Assembly: GCA_947457565.1 (NCBI GenBank) | Contig: CANGWH010000001.1 | Coordinates: 7,226-71,225, forward strand | Reading direction: 5' to 3' | Length of the DNA stretch: 64,000 nucleotides | Origin: Flavobacteriales bacterium | GTDB taxonomy: Bacteria; Bacteroidota; Bacteroidia; NS11-12g; UBA955 | Shown: piece after piece, positions 1-9,066 of the stretch | Layout: each line of letters opens with the position of its first letter | Numbering within the stretch: position 1 is the stretch's first letter | Notes under the pieces: generated by a model | What the model saw: only the letters and a program-made list of their open reading frames with translations | Databases searched by the model: none | Told to the model about the DNA's origin: nothing | Translations under genes and position numbers: made by a program

Positions 1-1069
1 TCAAATGAGAACTCCAACTCATTTCACTTACGTGCACTAACCCTTCAACGCCTGGTTTAATTTCTATAAATGCCCCATAATCAGCAACAGAAACTACTTT
101 ACCTGAAACCTTACTGTTTTCTAAGATATCAGCGGTAAGGTTATCCCAAGGATGTGATGTTAATTGTTTCAAGCCTAATGAAATACGCTTTTTGTTATCA
201 TCGTAATCCAAAATAACCACTTGAACTTTCTCATCCAACTTCAATACCTCTTCAGGATGATTAATTCTACCCCATGAAATATCAGTAATATGCAATAGAC
301 CATCGATACCACCTAAGTCTACAAACACACCGAATGATGTCATATTTTTAACAACACCTTCAAGCACTTGGCCTTTTTCAAGACGAGATAAAATCTCCGA
401 CTTCTGAGCTTCGATATCGTCTTCAATCAATACTTTGTGTGAAACAACAACATTTTTATAGATTTCATTAATCTTTACAATTTTGAAATCCATGTTCTTG
501 CCTACATACTGATCATAGTCTCTAACAGGTTTAGTGTCAATTTGTGATCCAGGTAAGAAAGTATCAAATCCGAAAACATCAACAACCAAACCACCTTTAG
601 TTCTAGAACGAACATAACCGGTAACAATTGCATCGCTGTTGTGCGCTTCAACGATTTTCTCCCAAGCTGTTTCTTGTAATGCTTTTTTACGACTAAGAAT
701 TAATTGACCCATTTTATCTTCAGCAGTATCGATAAATACTTCTACCGAATCTCCAATAGATAAATCTGGCATGTCACGGAATTCCTGACGTGATACTAAG
801 CCATCGCTTTTGAATCCGATGTTTACAACAACATCTTTTTCGTTAATAGCAACAACAGTACCTTTTACAACTTGTTTTTCGGTTACTGGCTGAAAAGTAG
901 CAACATAAGCTGTTTCCATTTTTTCGCGGTCGCCTGAAGAGTAAGATTGGAATCCAGCACCGTCTGAATCCCAGTCGAAATCATCATGTGCGCTGTTAGC
1001 AGCGGCAGATTTCTGGTTGGAAACTTTTAGAGTTTCTTCAACGTTTTCTTGATTTTGTTCTTTTGTCAA
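1..1069 (-). CDS. rpsA: 30S ribosomal protein S1, N-terminal ~355 codons; the 3' end runs off the window edge. The only in-frame start is TTG.
   Basis: Reverse-strand translation gives LTKEQNQENVEE...DDFDWDSDGAGFQSYS...VVKGTVVAINEKDVVVNIGFKSDGLVSRQEF followed by repeated S1 domains. This matches the typical Bacteroidota S1 N-terminus. Confidence 0.85.
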   Translation of the reverse strand, partial: MTKEQNQENVEETLKVSNQKSAAANSAHDDFDWDSDGAGFQSYSSGDREKMETAYVATFQPVTEKQVVKGTVVAINEKDVVVNIGFKSDGLVSRQEFRDMPDLSIGDSVEVFIDTAEDKMGQLILSRKKALQETAWEKIVEAHNSDAIVTGYVRSRTKGGLVVDVFGFDTFLPGSQIDTKPVRDYDQYVGKNMDFKIVKINEIYKNVVVSHKVLIEDDIEAQKSEILSRLEKGQVLEGVVKNMTSFGVFVDLGGIDGLLHITDISWGRINHPEEVLKLDEKVQVVILDYDDNKKRISLGLKQLTSHPWDNLTADILENSKVSGKVVSVADYGAFIEIKPGVEGLVHVSEMSWSSHL

Positions 1070-1078
1070 TGAATAGTT

Positions 1079-1086
1079 CCTCCTTT
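1079..1086 (-). promoter_or_regulatory. Shine-Dalgarno-like AAAGGAGG, 9 nt upstream of the rpsA TTG start
   Basis: The + strand reads cctccttt, which is AAAGGAGG on the - strand. Most other genes in the window have no SD. Confidence 0.5.
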
Positions 1087-1248
1087 GAGTGGGCGGCAAA
1101 ATTAGGATAAACATATTGAAATGCCAATAGTTGAGCATTTAATTGCCTAATAATTTGCAGAAAACATAAAGTTTCTTTCAATATTTGGATTTTTTACCTC
1201 GTCCATAGTAATAAAACATTTGATTGTTTAAGTTTGCAATAACTAGTT

Positions 1249-4041
1249 ATGGCAAAGACAAACTCCAAAAACTCGGTAAATAACTCGGTAAATCCTGATG
1301 CATCGAACGTAAAAAAACCGTTACTAAAAGGGATCACAGTTGTATTTGATACTTGGAAATCCATAATTGAACATTTTGAATCGGACTTAACGCTTGATTA
1401 TTGCGTAATCACTGATAATCAAACTAGAACTATTGATATCAGAAAAGTTGAAAGTCAACTTACAGAACAACCTACTTATATAATAGGCAAACAAAAAGGA
1501 ACTGGTCAAATACTACAAGAGATTATTACTGGATACAAGTCTGAGGATTTGGAACCTCTTTTTGTAGCTGTTAATAGGGATTGTATAAAATCTATGATCC
1601 AACAGTCATTTTCACCCATGAGTTTATTTGAGATTCATTACTTAGCTGAAAAGTCGGGAGGAAAAGAGATAATCTTTGAACTGGGCGATAGCAAAAGCAA
1701 TAATCAATCGTTTACGCAACACTATTTTAGGAAAACAAGAACATCGGTTAATTACTACAAAGGCAATTTATCGAAATATCCAAACCGATTAATTTTTCTT
1801 TTATCGTGTATACTAGGGTTAGTAGGAATGACATATATGTCGCGATCAGCCGCTATATCAGGTGACGAATTTACCCAATATGAATATTCAAAATTAATAG
1901 CAAATTATTATTTAGAGCCTGTAGGTTTAGGAATTCCAATTGATACTAATGATTTAAAGTTTCAACGAATGCCTACTCTAACGAAAAATTACACCACCTA
2001 CGGTTCTAAGCTTGCAACTATTGAGGATCCTGATCGTTTAATGCATGTATACGGCTCTAGTTTTGATACATTTACCACAATATTAGGGCATTGGTTTGGG
2101 GTTAAAGATATCATGTCGTTTAGGCATTTTTGGAATGCAATTTTTGGATTTCTTGTTGCCTTTTACGCAGGTCTTATTGCAAGAAGATTAACTAAAGGGA
2201 ACTGGGGTTGGGCAACGTTAGCCATGATTTCAGTAATATTAATGCCCAGATTTTTTGGGGAGGCAATGAATAATCCCAAGGATATCCCATTTGCTTTGGG
2301 CTATGTAATGAGTTTATATTACGCCATTAAAACTTTCCAAAGTTGGCCAAATTTCAGATGGAACTCGGCCCTTGGTTTAGTCTTATCTACAGCGTTAGGC
2401 ATTAGTATTCGTATTGGTGGTTTACTGTCGGTTGGTATATTTATCTTATATGGCGGATTGAAATTTTTGGAAAATCTAGGTTGGAAAAATGCGTTTCAAT
2501 TTCGTTGGAAAGGATTTGGAAAATTTCTTTTCGGAATATTAGTTCTAGGCGTTGCTAGTTATGTTTTTGGAATTTTACCTTGGCCTTATGGTTGGGATAA
2601 TCCCATTGATAACCCTTTGAAAGCCTTAAAAGAATTTACCAATTATTCCGTTTCATTACGTCAATTATACGATGGCAAATTATACGATTCGGATATGTTG
2701 CCACTTTCCTATCTAACCAATTATTTGTTTATTTCTACTCCTGTAATTTTATTGTTTGGATTCTTTTGTAGTTTATTGATTTCAATAGTAAAAGCACGAC
2801 GATATTTAAGCCTTGAATTATTTTTAATACTTTTTGCCACCATTTTCCCAATCTTCTATATTTATCTGCAGAAATCACAGGTTTACGGTGGAATTCGTCA
2901 AATTATGTTTACACTACCATGTTTAGTTATTGTAAGTATTTATGGATACTATGCCATTGGCGAAATATTATCTAAGAAAATGAAATTAGGAGGCGCCATC
3001 AGTATGTTGCTTTTATTGGTAGGTTTGCTCACTCCTGCTACTCATATTGCAAAGAATCATCCAATTTCTTACATTTACTTTAATGAAATTTATGGTGGAA
3101 CCGAAAAAGCATATGGGGAATATGAAATGGACTATTATCTGGCTAGTTTAAAACCCAGCACAGATTGGTTTCTAGAAAATGTTGCAAGAAAAAATCCAAA
3201 TAAAAAATTCGAAGTCCTTTCTTACGGTATGGAACATGTGCGATATTACTGTAGAAATGACAAAAATGTGCATGTAGGCTATACCCGTTTTGACGATCGA
3301 AGCTCAAAACAATGGGATTATTGTATTTTTTATAATGCTTATTTCGATAAAACTCGTTTAAACAGTGGTGAGTTTTCTCCAACAGGTACTGTATTCCAAC
3401 CAAAAGTTGATGGTAAACCGGTAGGTATTGTAATTCAACGACCCTCTACTGATGATTATTTAGGGATAAAAGCAGTGGAAAATAGTAATTTCCAAGAAGG
3501 AATCGCCCTATTAACAAAGTATTTAGCAATGGATCCTGCACGCAGTGAAATATATTTTTATTTATCGGCCGCCTATGCAAGTACCAACCAACTTGACTCT
3601 GCCGTGAAAGTTTGCGATATTGGTTATAAATATTTTCCTGAAAATTCGAAAATCCTTTATGCCAAATACGATTATCTTTTAAAATTAAATCGATTTGCGG
3701 AAGCGGCCAAAGTTATGGATGAATACATTGGCTACCGTCCTAAGGACAGTGATGGCTTTATCAATAAAGCACAGGCAGAATTAATGTTAGGCAAACCAAT
3801 GGATGCCTTAGCTACACTTCAACAAATTATACCGAAGAACCCTTTGGATGTTCGATTGTATCAATTAGGTAGCGAAGCTTATAGACTTCAAAAAGACCTT
3901 AACAATATGAATTTGTATGGTCAAGCTTCTAATCTAAATAATACGAATCCCCAAACTCAGCAGTTAGCTGTTGAAGCAATAGCTGCTATTTATTTTGAAA
4001 TCACAGGGGAAGAATTTGATTTAAATCAATATTTAAAATAG
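1249..4041 (+). CDS. Large polytopic membrane protein. It has a ~180-aa N-terminal soluble extension, a multi-TM core, and C-terminal TPR repeats. It resembles the DUF2723 / PMT-like GT-C glycosyltransferase architecture.
   Basis: 930-aa ORF. The hydrophobic helices run from about residue 180 to about 610. The C-terminal ~200 aa contain TPR-like repeats (ALLTKYLAMDP, AVKVCDIGYKYFPENS, etc.). Confidence 0.55.
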   Translation: MAKTNSKNSVNNSVNPDASNVKKPLLKGITVVFDTWKSIIEHFESDLTLDYCVITDNQTRTIDIRKVESQLTEQPTYIIGKQKGTGQILQEIITGYKSEDLEPLFVAVNRDCIKSMIQQSFSPMSLFEIHYLAEKSGGKEIIFELGDSKSNNQSFTQHYFRKTRTSVNYYKGNLSKYPNRLIFLLSCILGLVGMTYMSRSAAISGDEFTQYEYSKLIANYYLEPVGLGIPIDTNDLKFQRMPTLTKNYTTYGSKLATIEDPDRLMHVYGSSFDTFTTILGHWFGVKDIMSFRHFWNAIFGFLVAFYAGLIARRLTKGNWGWATLAMISVILMPRFFGEAMNNPKDIPFALGYVMSLYYAIKTFQSWPNFRWNSALGLVLSTALGISIRIGGLLSVGIFILYGGLKFLENLGWKNAFQFRWKGFGKFLFGILVLGVASYVFGILPWPYGWDNPIDNPLKALKEFTNYSVSLRQLYDGKLYDSDMLPLSYLTNYLFISTPVILLFGFFCSLLISIVKARRYLSLELFLILFATIFPIFYIYLQKSQVYGGIRQIMFTLPCLVIVSIYGYYAIGEILSKKMKLGGAISMLLLLVGLLTPATHIAKNHPISYIYFNEIYGGTEKAYGEYEMDYYLASLKPSTDWFLENVARKNPNKKFEVLSYGMEHVRYYCRNDKNVHVGYTRFDDRSSKQWDYCIFYNAYFDKTRLNSGEFSPTGTVFQPKVDGKPVGIVIQRPSTDDYLGIKAVENSNFQEGIALLTKYLAMDPARSEIYFYLSAAYASTNQLDSAVKVCDIGYKYFPENSKILYAKYDYLLKLNRFAEAAKVMDEYIGYRPKDSDGFINKAQAELMLGKPMDALATLQQIIPKNPLDVRLYQLGSEAYRLQKDLNNMNLYGQASNLNNTNPQTQQLAVEAIAAIYFEITGEEFDLNQYLK

Positions 4042-4055
4042 ATTAACTGTAGGAA

Positions 4056-4907
4056 TTATGCTGTTAAATTAGAAACAGGATAACCCTCACCTTTAATGAA
4101 TTGACCTTTTTCATTTTTAATCACCCCTGACATTTCGCACGATGCGTCGTGCTCATAAAAAAGCAACATATTCTCGGTCGTAATTTCTGCTAATAATTGT
4201 GACTTCTCCTGCATTGTAATTAGCGGCTGTATATCATAGCCCATCACGTAGTTTACAGGAATATGTGCCGAGGACGGAATCAAATCAGCACCGTAAACGA
4301 TCTTTTTCATTTCTGTATGAATGATAGGAACGATCATACCAAAAGTATGTCCATTAAAAACTCTAATTTCTATACAATCGGCAAGAAAATCACCTGCATT
4401 TAAAAATGACAATACACCCAATTGATTTAATAGATCATAATTTTCTGGTAAAAAGGATGCTTTTTCGCGTGGATTAGGATTATGCGCATGCAACCATTGA
4501 TCCTGGTGAACCCAATATCTAGCGTTAGGGAATGTGGGTGTTAATTCGTTATTCTGCAATGTTACTGCTCCTCCCACATGGTCGAAATGCAAATGCGTTA
4601 ATAGAACATCGGTAACTTGATCAATCGTAAAGCCGGCATTTATGATGGACGACAATAAGGAATGATTACCATTTAAATCATAATAGCTAAAAAATTTATC
4701 CGACTGTTTAGAGCCTATTCCAGTATCAATCAACACTACTCGATTGGAAATTGTATTATGCACTAGCAAACAACGCATGGCCCAATTGCATAAATTCTTA
4801 TCGTTTGCTGGTACCAGTTTTTCCCAAATTGTTTTTGGTACAACACCAAACATTGCACCACCATCCAAATGGAAATTTCCGGTATTAATAGCGTACAGTT
4901 TAATCAT
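4056..4907 (-). CDS. MBL-fold metallo-hydrolase
   Basis: HxHxDH metal-binding motif (LTHLHFDHVGG). Confidence 0.8.
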   Translation of the reverse strand: MIKLYAINTGNFHLDGGAMFGVVPKTIWEKLVPANDKNLCNWAMRCLLVHNTISNRVVLIDTGIGSKQSDKFFSYYDLNGNHSLLSSIINAGFTIDQVTDVLLTHLHFDHVGGAVTLQNNELTPTFPNARYWVHQDQWLHAHNPNPREKASFLPENYDLLNQLGVLSFLNAGDFLADCIEIRVFNGHTFGMIVPIIHTEMKKIVYGADLIPSSAHIPVNYVMGYDIQPLITMQEKSQLLAEITTENMLLFYEHDASCEMSGVIKNEKGQFIKGEGYPVSNLTA

Positions 4908-4912
4908 GGGGG

Positions 4913-5680
4913 TTAAAAATCATGAAATACATCTGTTAATGCTTCGTAACCAACCTCTGTAATAAGAATGGTATGCTCAAACTGTGCCGATAATCTTCCA
5001 TCGATTGTTCTGGCAGTCCAGCCATCTTTCCGATCGATTTTTGCACGTGCCTTTCCGGCATTTATCATTGGCTCTATCGTAAACGTCATACCTGGTTTCA
5101 TGATTATCCCTGAATTGAGATCGGCAATATGTTGTACATCGGGCGATTCGTGAAATTTAACACCAACTCCATGGCCACAAAATTCATAGACTACGCTGTA
5201 TCCGTTGGACTGAGCATGTTTAGCTATATAAAAACCAATATTGCCCATACGATTGCCTGGTTTACATTGCTCCATACCAATATGCAAACATTCTTTAGTA
5301 ACTTCTACCAAACGTTGGGCATATTCAGACGGCTGGCCCGCATAATACATTTTACATGTATCGCCATAAAAACCATTAAGAATTGTAGTAACATCAATAT
5401 TTACGATATCGCCCTCTTGCAATTCGTAATGGTTGGGGACTCCATGGCAAATTACATCATTGGGCGAAATACAAGATGCATGCTTGTATCCACGATATCC
5501 CTTCGTTGCAGGCAGAGCGCCATGATCTCGCACAAACTCTTCGCACTTTTTGTCAATTTCTAACGTTGTTATACCTGGTTTTACAAATTGCTCCAAATAT
5601 TTAAGGGTTTTTGCTGCTAATTGCGAACTAGCTCTTATACCTTCAATTTGATCGGCTGATTTTATAATAACACTAGACAT
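4913..5680 (-). CDS. map: Type I methionine aminopeptidase
   Basis: 255-aa MetAP fold; typical conserved blocks (CHGVP, FTIEPM, EHT). Confidence 0.85.
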   Translation of the reverse strand: MSSVIIKSADQIEGIRASSQLAAKTLKYLEQFVKPGITTLEIDKKCEEFVRDHGALPATKGYRGYKHASCISPNDVICHGVPNHYELQEGDIVNIDVTTILNGFYGDTCKMYYAGQPSEYAQRLVEVTKECLHIGMEQCKPGNRMGNIGFYIAKHAQSNGYSVVYEFCGHGVGVKFHESPDVQHIADLNSGIIMKPGMTFTIEPMINAGKARAKIDRKDGWTARTIDGRLSAQFEHTILITEVGYEALTDVFHDF

Positions 5681-5684
5681 CCTA

Positions 5685-7055
5685 TTAGTTTATAAATCCT
5701 TGGATAACATCTTGTTTAGTGATAATATGCCAATTACCACCCATATCCATCATCAATACTGCAGGATTTTTATCGTTTATTAGAGATGAAACAAACTCTA
5801 TTGTATCACTGTGAGAAACAATTGGATAGGAACTACGCATTATTTTAACTATTGAATCGCTCAAATTAACATCGCCTTTAAGCAATGAAGCATACAATAT
5901 ATTATCCTCCACAGAACCTACAAAGTTTCCATGTTCATCTTTTACGGGCAATTGAGATATTTTATATTTCTGCATTAAACTAAACACATCGGAACATCGT
6001 TGATCCGAAGTTGCAAATAATAAAGGCAAATTTGCATGAGGACTTATTAAATCCATGGCTAATTTTTTAGGTGATGGCTCAATAAACCCTCTATCCCGCA
6101 TCCAATCTTCATTAAACATTTTGCCTAAATAACGCGTCCCATGATCATGAAATATCACCACTACTACATCGCTTTCTTTAAATCGATTTTTCATTTGAAG
6201 TAGACCTGCTAAGGCAGAGCCTGCACTGTTACCAGCGAAAATGCCTTCTTCTCTTGGAATTCTGCGGGTCATAACGGCAGCATCTTTATCGGTAACTTTT
6301 TCGAAGTAATCAATAACCGAAAAATCGACATTCGCGGGTAAAAAATCCTCTCCAATTCCTTCGGTTATATAGGGGTAAATTTCATTTTTATCGAATATCC
6401 CAGTTTCCTTGTATTTTTTAAACACTGAACCATAAGTATCAATACCTAAAATTTGGATTTTAGGGTCCTTCTCCTTCAAGAATCTTCCTGTTCCACAAAT
6501 GGTACCACCGGTTCCAACACCAACCACCAAATGCGTAATTCTACCTTCGGTTTGATCCCAAATCTCGGGACCTGTTTGTTCGTAATGAGCTTTGCTATTG
6601 CTCAGATTATCGTATTGATTAGGCTTCCAAGCATTAGGAATTTCAGCGGCTAGTCTAGAACTAACACTGTAATAACTTCTTGGATCACCAGGTTCAACAT
6701 CGGTTGGACACACGATTACTTCTGCTCCAAAGGCCTTCAAGGCATCGACTTTCTCTTTGGACTGTTTATCAGTAGTAGTAAAAATACATCGATATCCCTT
6801 AATAACAGCCGCAATGGCTAATCCCATACCCGTATTACCAGAAGTACCTTCAATGATAACCCCCCCAGGTTTAAGGGCTCCTGATTTTTCAGCATCTAGA
6901 ATCATCTGCAAAGCCATTCTATCTTTTATAGAATTACCTGGATTCGTAGTTTCCACCTTGGCATATACTTCGCAAGGCAAGTCCTTTACGATATTGTTTA
7001 GTTTAACCAAAGGTGTATTCCCAATGGTTTCAAGAATGTTTTGGAAAACTTTCAT
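5685..7055 (-). CDS. Cystathionine beta-synthase / PLP-dependent cysteine synthase family protein with a C-terminal CBS pair
   Basis: N-terminal tryptophan-synthase-beta-like PLP fold with glycine loops (GTSGNTG, GVGTGGT). The C-terminal ~120 aa form a CBS domain pair. Confidence 0.8.
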   Translation of the reverse strand: MKVFQNILETIGNTPLVKLNNIVKDLPCEVYAKVETTNPGNSIKDRMALQMILDAEKSGALKPGGVIIEGTSGNTGMGLAIAAVIKGYRCIFTTTDKQSKEKVDALKAFGAEVIVCPTDVEPGDPRSYYSVSSRLAAEIPNAWKPNQYDNLSNSKAHYEQTGPEIWDQTEGRITHLVVGVGTGGTICGTGRFLKEKDPKIQILGIDTYGSVFKKYKETGIFDKNEIYPYITEGIGEDFLPANVDFSVIDYFEKVTDKDAAVMTRRIPREEGIFAGNSAGSALAGLLQMKNRFKESDVVVVIFHDHGTRYLGKMFNEDWMRDRGFIEPSPKKLAMDLISPHANLPLLFATSDQRCSDVFSLMQKYKISQLPVKDEHGNFVGSVEDNILYASLLKGDVNLSDSIVKIMRSSYPIVSHSDTIEFVSSLINDKNPAVLMMDMGGNWHIITKQDVIQGFIN

Positions 7056-7221
7056 CGGTCTTTCAAAGGTAAAATTACAAATTGGGATTTCTGCAACATT
7101 CCATTAACAGTCCTATTTTTTAGTCGATAATTCCATGTTCTGAAATTATCTATTGCAAATTGGAATTAAGAACTTTTGAAAAGTTCCTGTTATAATATAG
7201 ATAGTTTTCCGTAGTTATTGA

Positions 7222-7731
7222 TTAATCACCAATTAGTAACGCTTTTTCAATTTGCTCTAAATGATGATCTCCATGCCAAGCGTAATATCGGATTAAATCA
7301 GATAAACTTACTTGACGTTTGCTTTCAGGATGATATAATTGTTTAACCAAGTGTACTACGGGTACTTTTAGTGCTTCTAATAGCAATAAAGACCAGCGTT
7401 GATGCAATCCAATTACACATATGACACTTGACTCTATCGGGAATTCGCTATCCATCTGACTTGCCCAAATATTTTCGTCATAGGGCTGAATTTCTTGGGT
7501 ATCTTGTGCAATAATATGCTTTGTACGCACATAAGCATTGAGGTGAGAGTCCATAAGATGGTGAACAATTTGAGTTATTGTCCAACCTCCATCGCGGTAT
7601 CTGAAATTTCTATTTTCTTCGTTTACATTTTTCAGTATTCGAGTTAATTTATCGGGGAATTGCTGAATTTGAAGCACGCAGTTCAGCAGGTCTTCCATGG
7701 ATGTGGGTGCATCCCAATTAAAATCGGCCAT
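7222..7731 (-). CDS. DinB/YfiT-family metal-dependent hydrolase
   Basis: 169 aa with the His triad typical of the DinB_2 family (HHLMDSH ... WHGDHHLEQI). Confidence 0.6.
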   Translation of the reverse strand: MADFNWDAPTSMEDLLNCVLQIQQFPDKLTRILKNVNEENRNFRYRDGGWTITQIVHHLMDSHLNAYVRTKHIIAQDTQEIQPYDENIWASQMDSEFPIESSVICVIGLHQRWSLLLLEALKVPVVHLVKQLYHPESKRQVSLSDLIRYYAWHGDHHLEQIEKALLIGD

Positions 7732-7735
7732 TATA

Positions 7736-9007
7736 TTAATTGATTATGTCAAATCCGGTATATGGAACCAATACAGAAGGAACAACAATTCCATTGGGGG
7801 TTTGATAATTTTCTAATAATGCTGCTACGATTCTTGGCAATGCCAATGCTGATCCATTTAAAGAATGAGCCAATTCGGTTTTACCATCGGAATTTCTAAA
7901 ACGACATTTCAATCGATTGGTTTGAAAAGTTTCAAAATTACTAACAGAGCTGCATTCTAACCATTTCTCCTGAGCACCACTCCATACCTCCATATCGTAT
8001 GTTTTGGCGCTAGTAAAACCCATATCTCCTCCGCATAACAGTAGCACTCTATAATGTAAACCTAGTTTTTGTAATAAAGATTGAACATAATTAGACATTA
8101 CCTCTAATGTTTGATTGGATTCTGTAGGCTTCACAATTTGTACGATTTCTACTTTGTCAAATTGATGCAATCGGTTTAAACCTCGTACATGCGCTCCATA
8201 ACTTCCGGCTTCTCGTCTGAAACAAGGGGTATAACCTGCGTTTTTAATCGGTAATTGCTTTTCCTCTAAAATCACATCTCTGTATAAATTGGTAATGGGA
8301 ACTTCGGCTGTTGGAATTAAATACAAATCATCCACGGTTGAATGATACATCTGACCCTCTTTATCCGGCAATTGGCCTGTACCATAACCGCTATCGGCAT
8401 TTACCATCAAAGGGGGTTGGATTTCCATATAACCTGCCGCATTCGCTTCATTAAGAAAAAACTGTATAAGTGCCCGTTGAAAGATTGCTCCTTTGCCTTT
8501 GTAAACTGGAAAACCGGCTCCCGTAATTTTTACCCCTAACTCAAAATCAATAATGTTGTATTTTTTAGCTAATTCCCAATGAGGTAAAGCCGATTCTTCT
8601 AAATTTGGCTTGTTCCCAAATTCGAAAACTGTTTTATTATCCTCTGCCGATTTTCCTACGGGTACATCCAATTGGGGTGTATTAGGTATAGTTAACAATA
8701 GTTGAATTAATGCCGATTCCCCAGACTCTACAGATTGTTCCAACTCTTTCAATTGTTCCTTCATTCCTATTGATTGTTCTTTCAATAGGTCGCCTTCTGA
8801 TTTATTCCCTGATTTATATAAATCGCCAATTTGCGATGATATTTGATTTAGTTGCGCTTGTGTCTGTTCCATTTGCGTTCTCAATGAACGATTATTTTCA
8901 TCCATTAATAGAACATCAGAAATTAATGATTGACCGTCGATTCCTCGGATATTTAATCGTTGAATAAGTTCATCGGCATTTCTTCGTATTGCGGCGATTT
9001 GTAACAT
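7736..9007 (-). CDS. serS: Seryl-tRNA synthetase
   Basis: N-terminal coiled-coil arm and class II aaRS core motifs. Confidence 0.9.
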   Translation of the reverse strand: MLQIAAIRRNADELIQRLNIRGIDGQSLISDVLLMDENNRSLRTQMEQTQAQLNQISSQIGDLYKSGNKSEGDLLKEQSIGMKEQLKELEQSVESGESALIQLLLTIPNTPQLDVPVGKSAEDNKTVFEFGNKPNLEESALPHWELAKKYNIIDFELGVKITGAGFPVYKGKGAIFQRALIQFFLNEANAAGYMEIQPPLMVNADSGYGTGQLPDKEGQMYHSTVDDLYLIPTAEVPITNLYRDVILEEKQLPIKNAGYTPCFRREAGSYGAHVRGLNRLHQFDKVEIVQIVKPTESNQTLEVMSNYVQSLLQKLGLHYRVLLLCGGDMGFTSAKTYDMEVWSGAQEKWLECSSVSNFETFQTNRLKCRFRNSDGKTELAHSLNGSALALPRIVAALLENYQTPNGIVVPSVLVPYTGFDIIN

Positions 9008-9066
9008 AAAATTAGAATGCGAAATTCAGTATAATTTTCAAAAAACGGAACTCAAACTTTTATAAA

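Noticed and set aside
5129-5563. 144-aa ORF antisense to the map gene. There are similar antisense ORFs at 39740-40174 (144 aa, across lpxC/fabZ-lpxA) and 45838-46149 (inside nuoH).
   Set aside because: They lie wholly within well-supported conserved genes on the opposite strand. They have low-complexity composition and no motifs or start-site signals. These are typical chance ORFs.
7056-7221. Possible SAM or other riboswitch upstream of the cystathionine beta-synthase gene
   Set aside because: No conserved SAM-I/SAM-II core sequences or pseudoknot-forming segments are visible. The region is simply AT-rich with a single dyad, reported separately.
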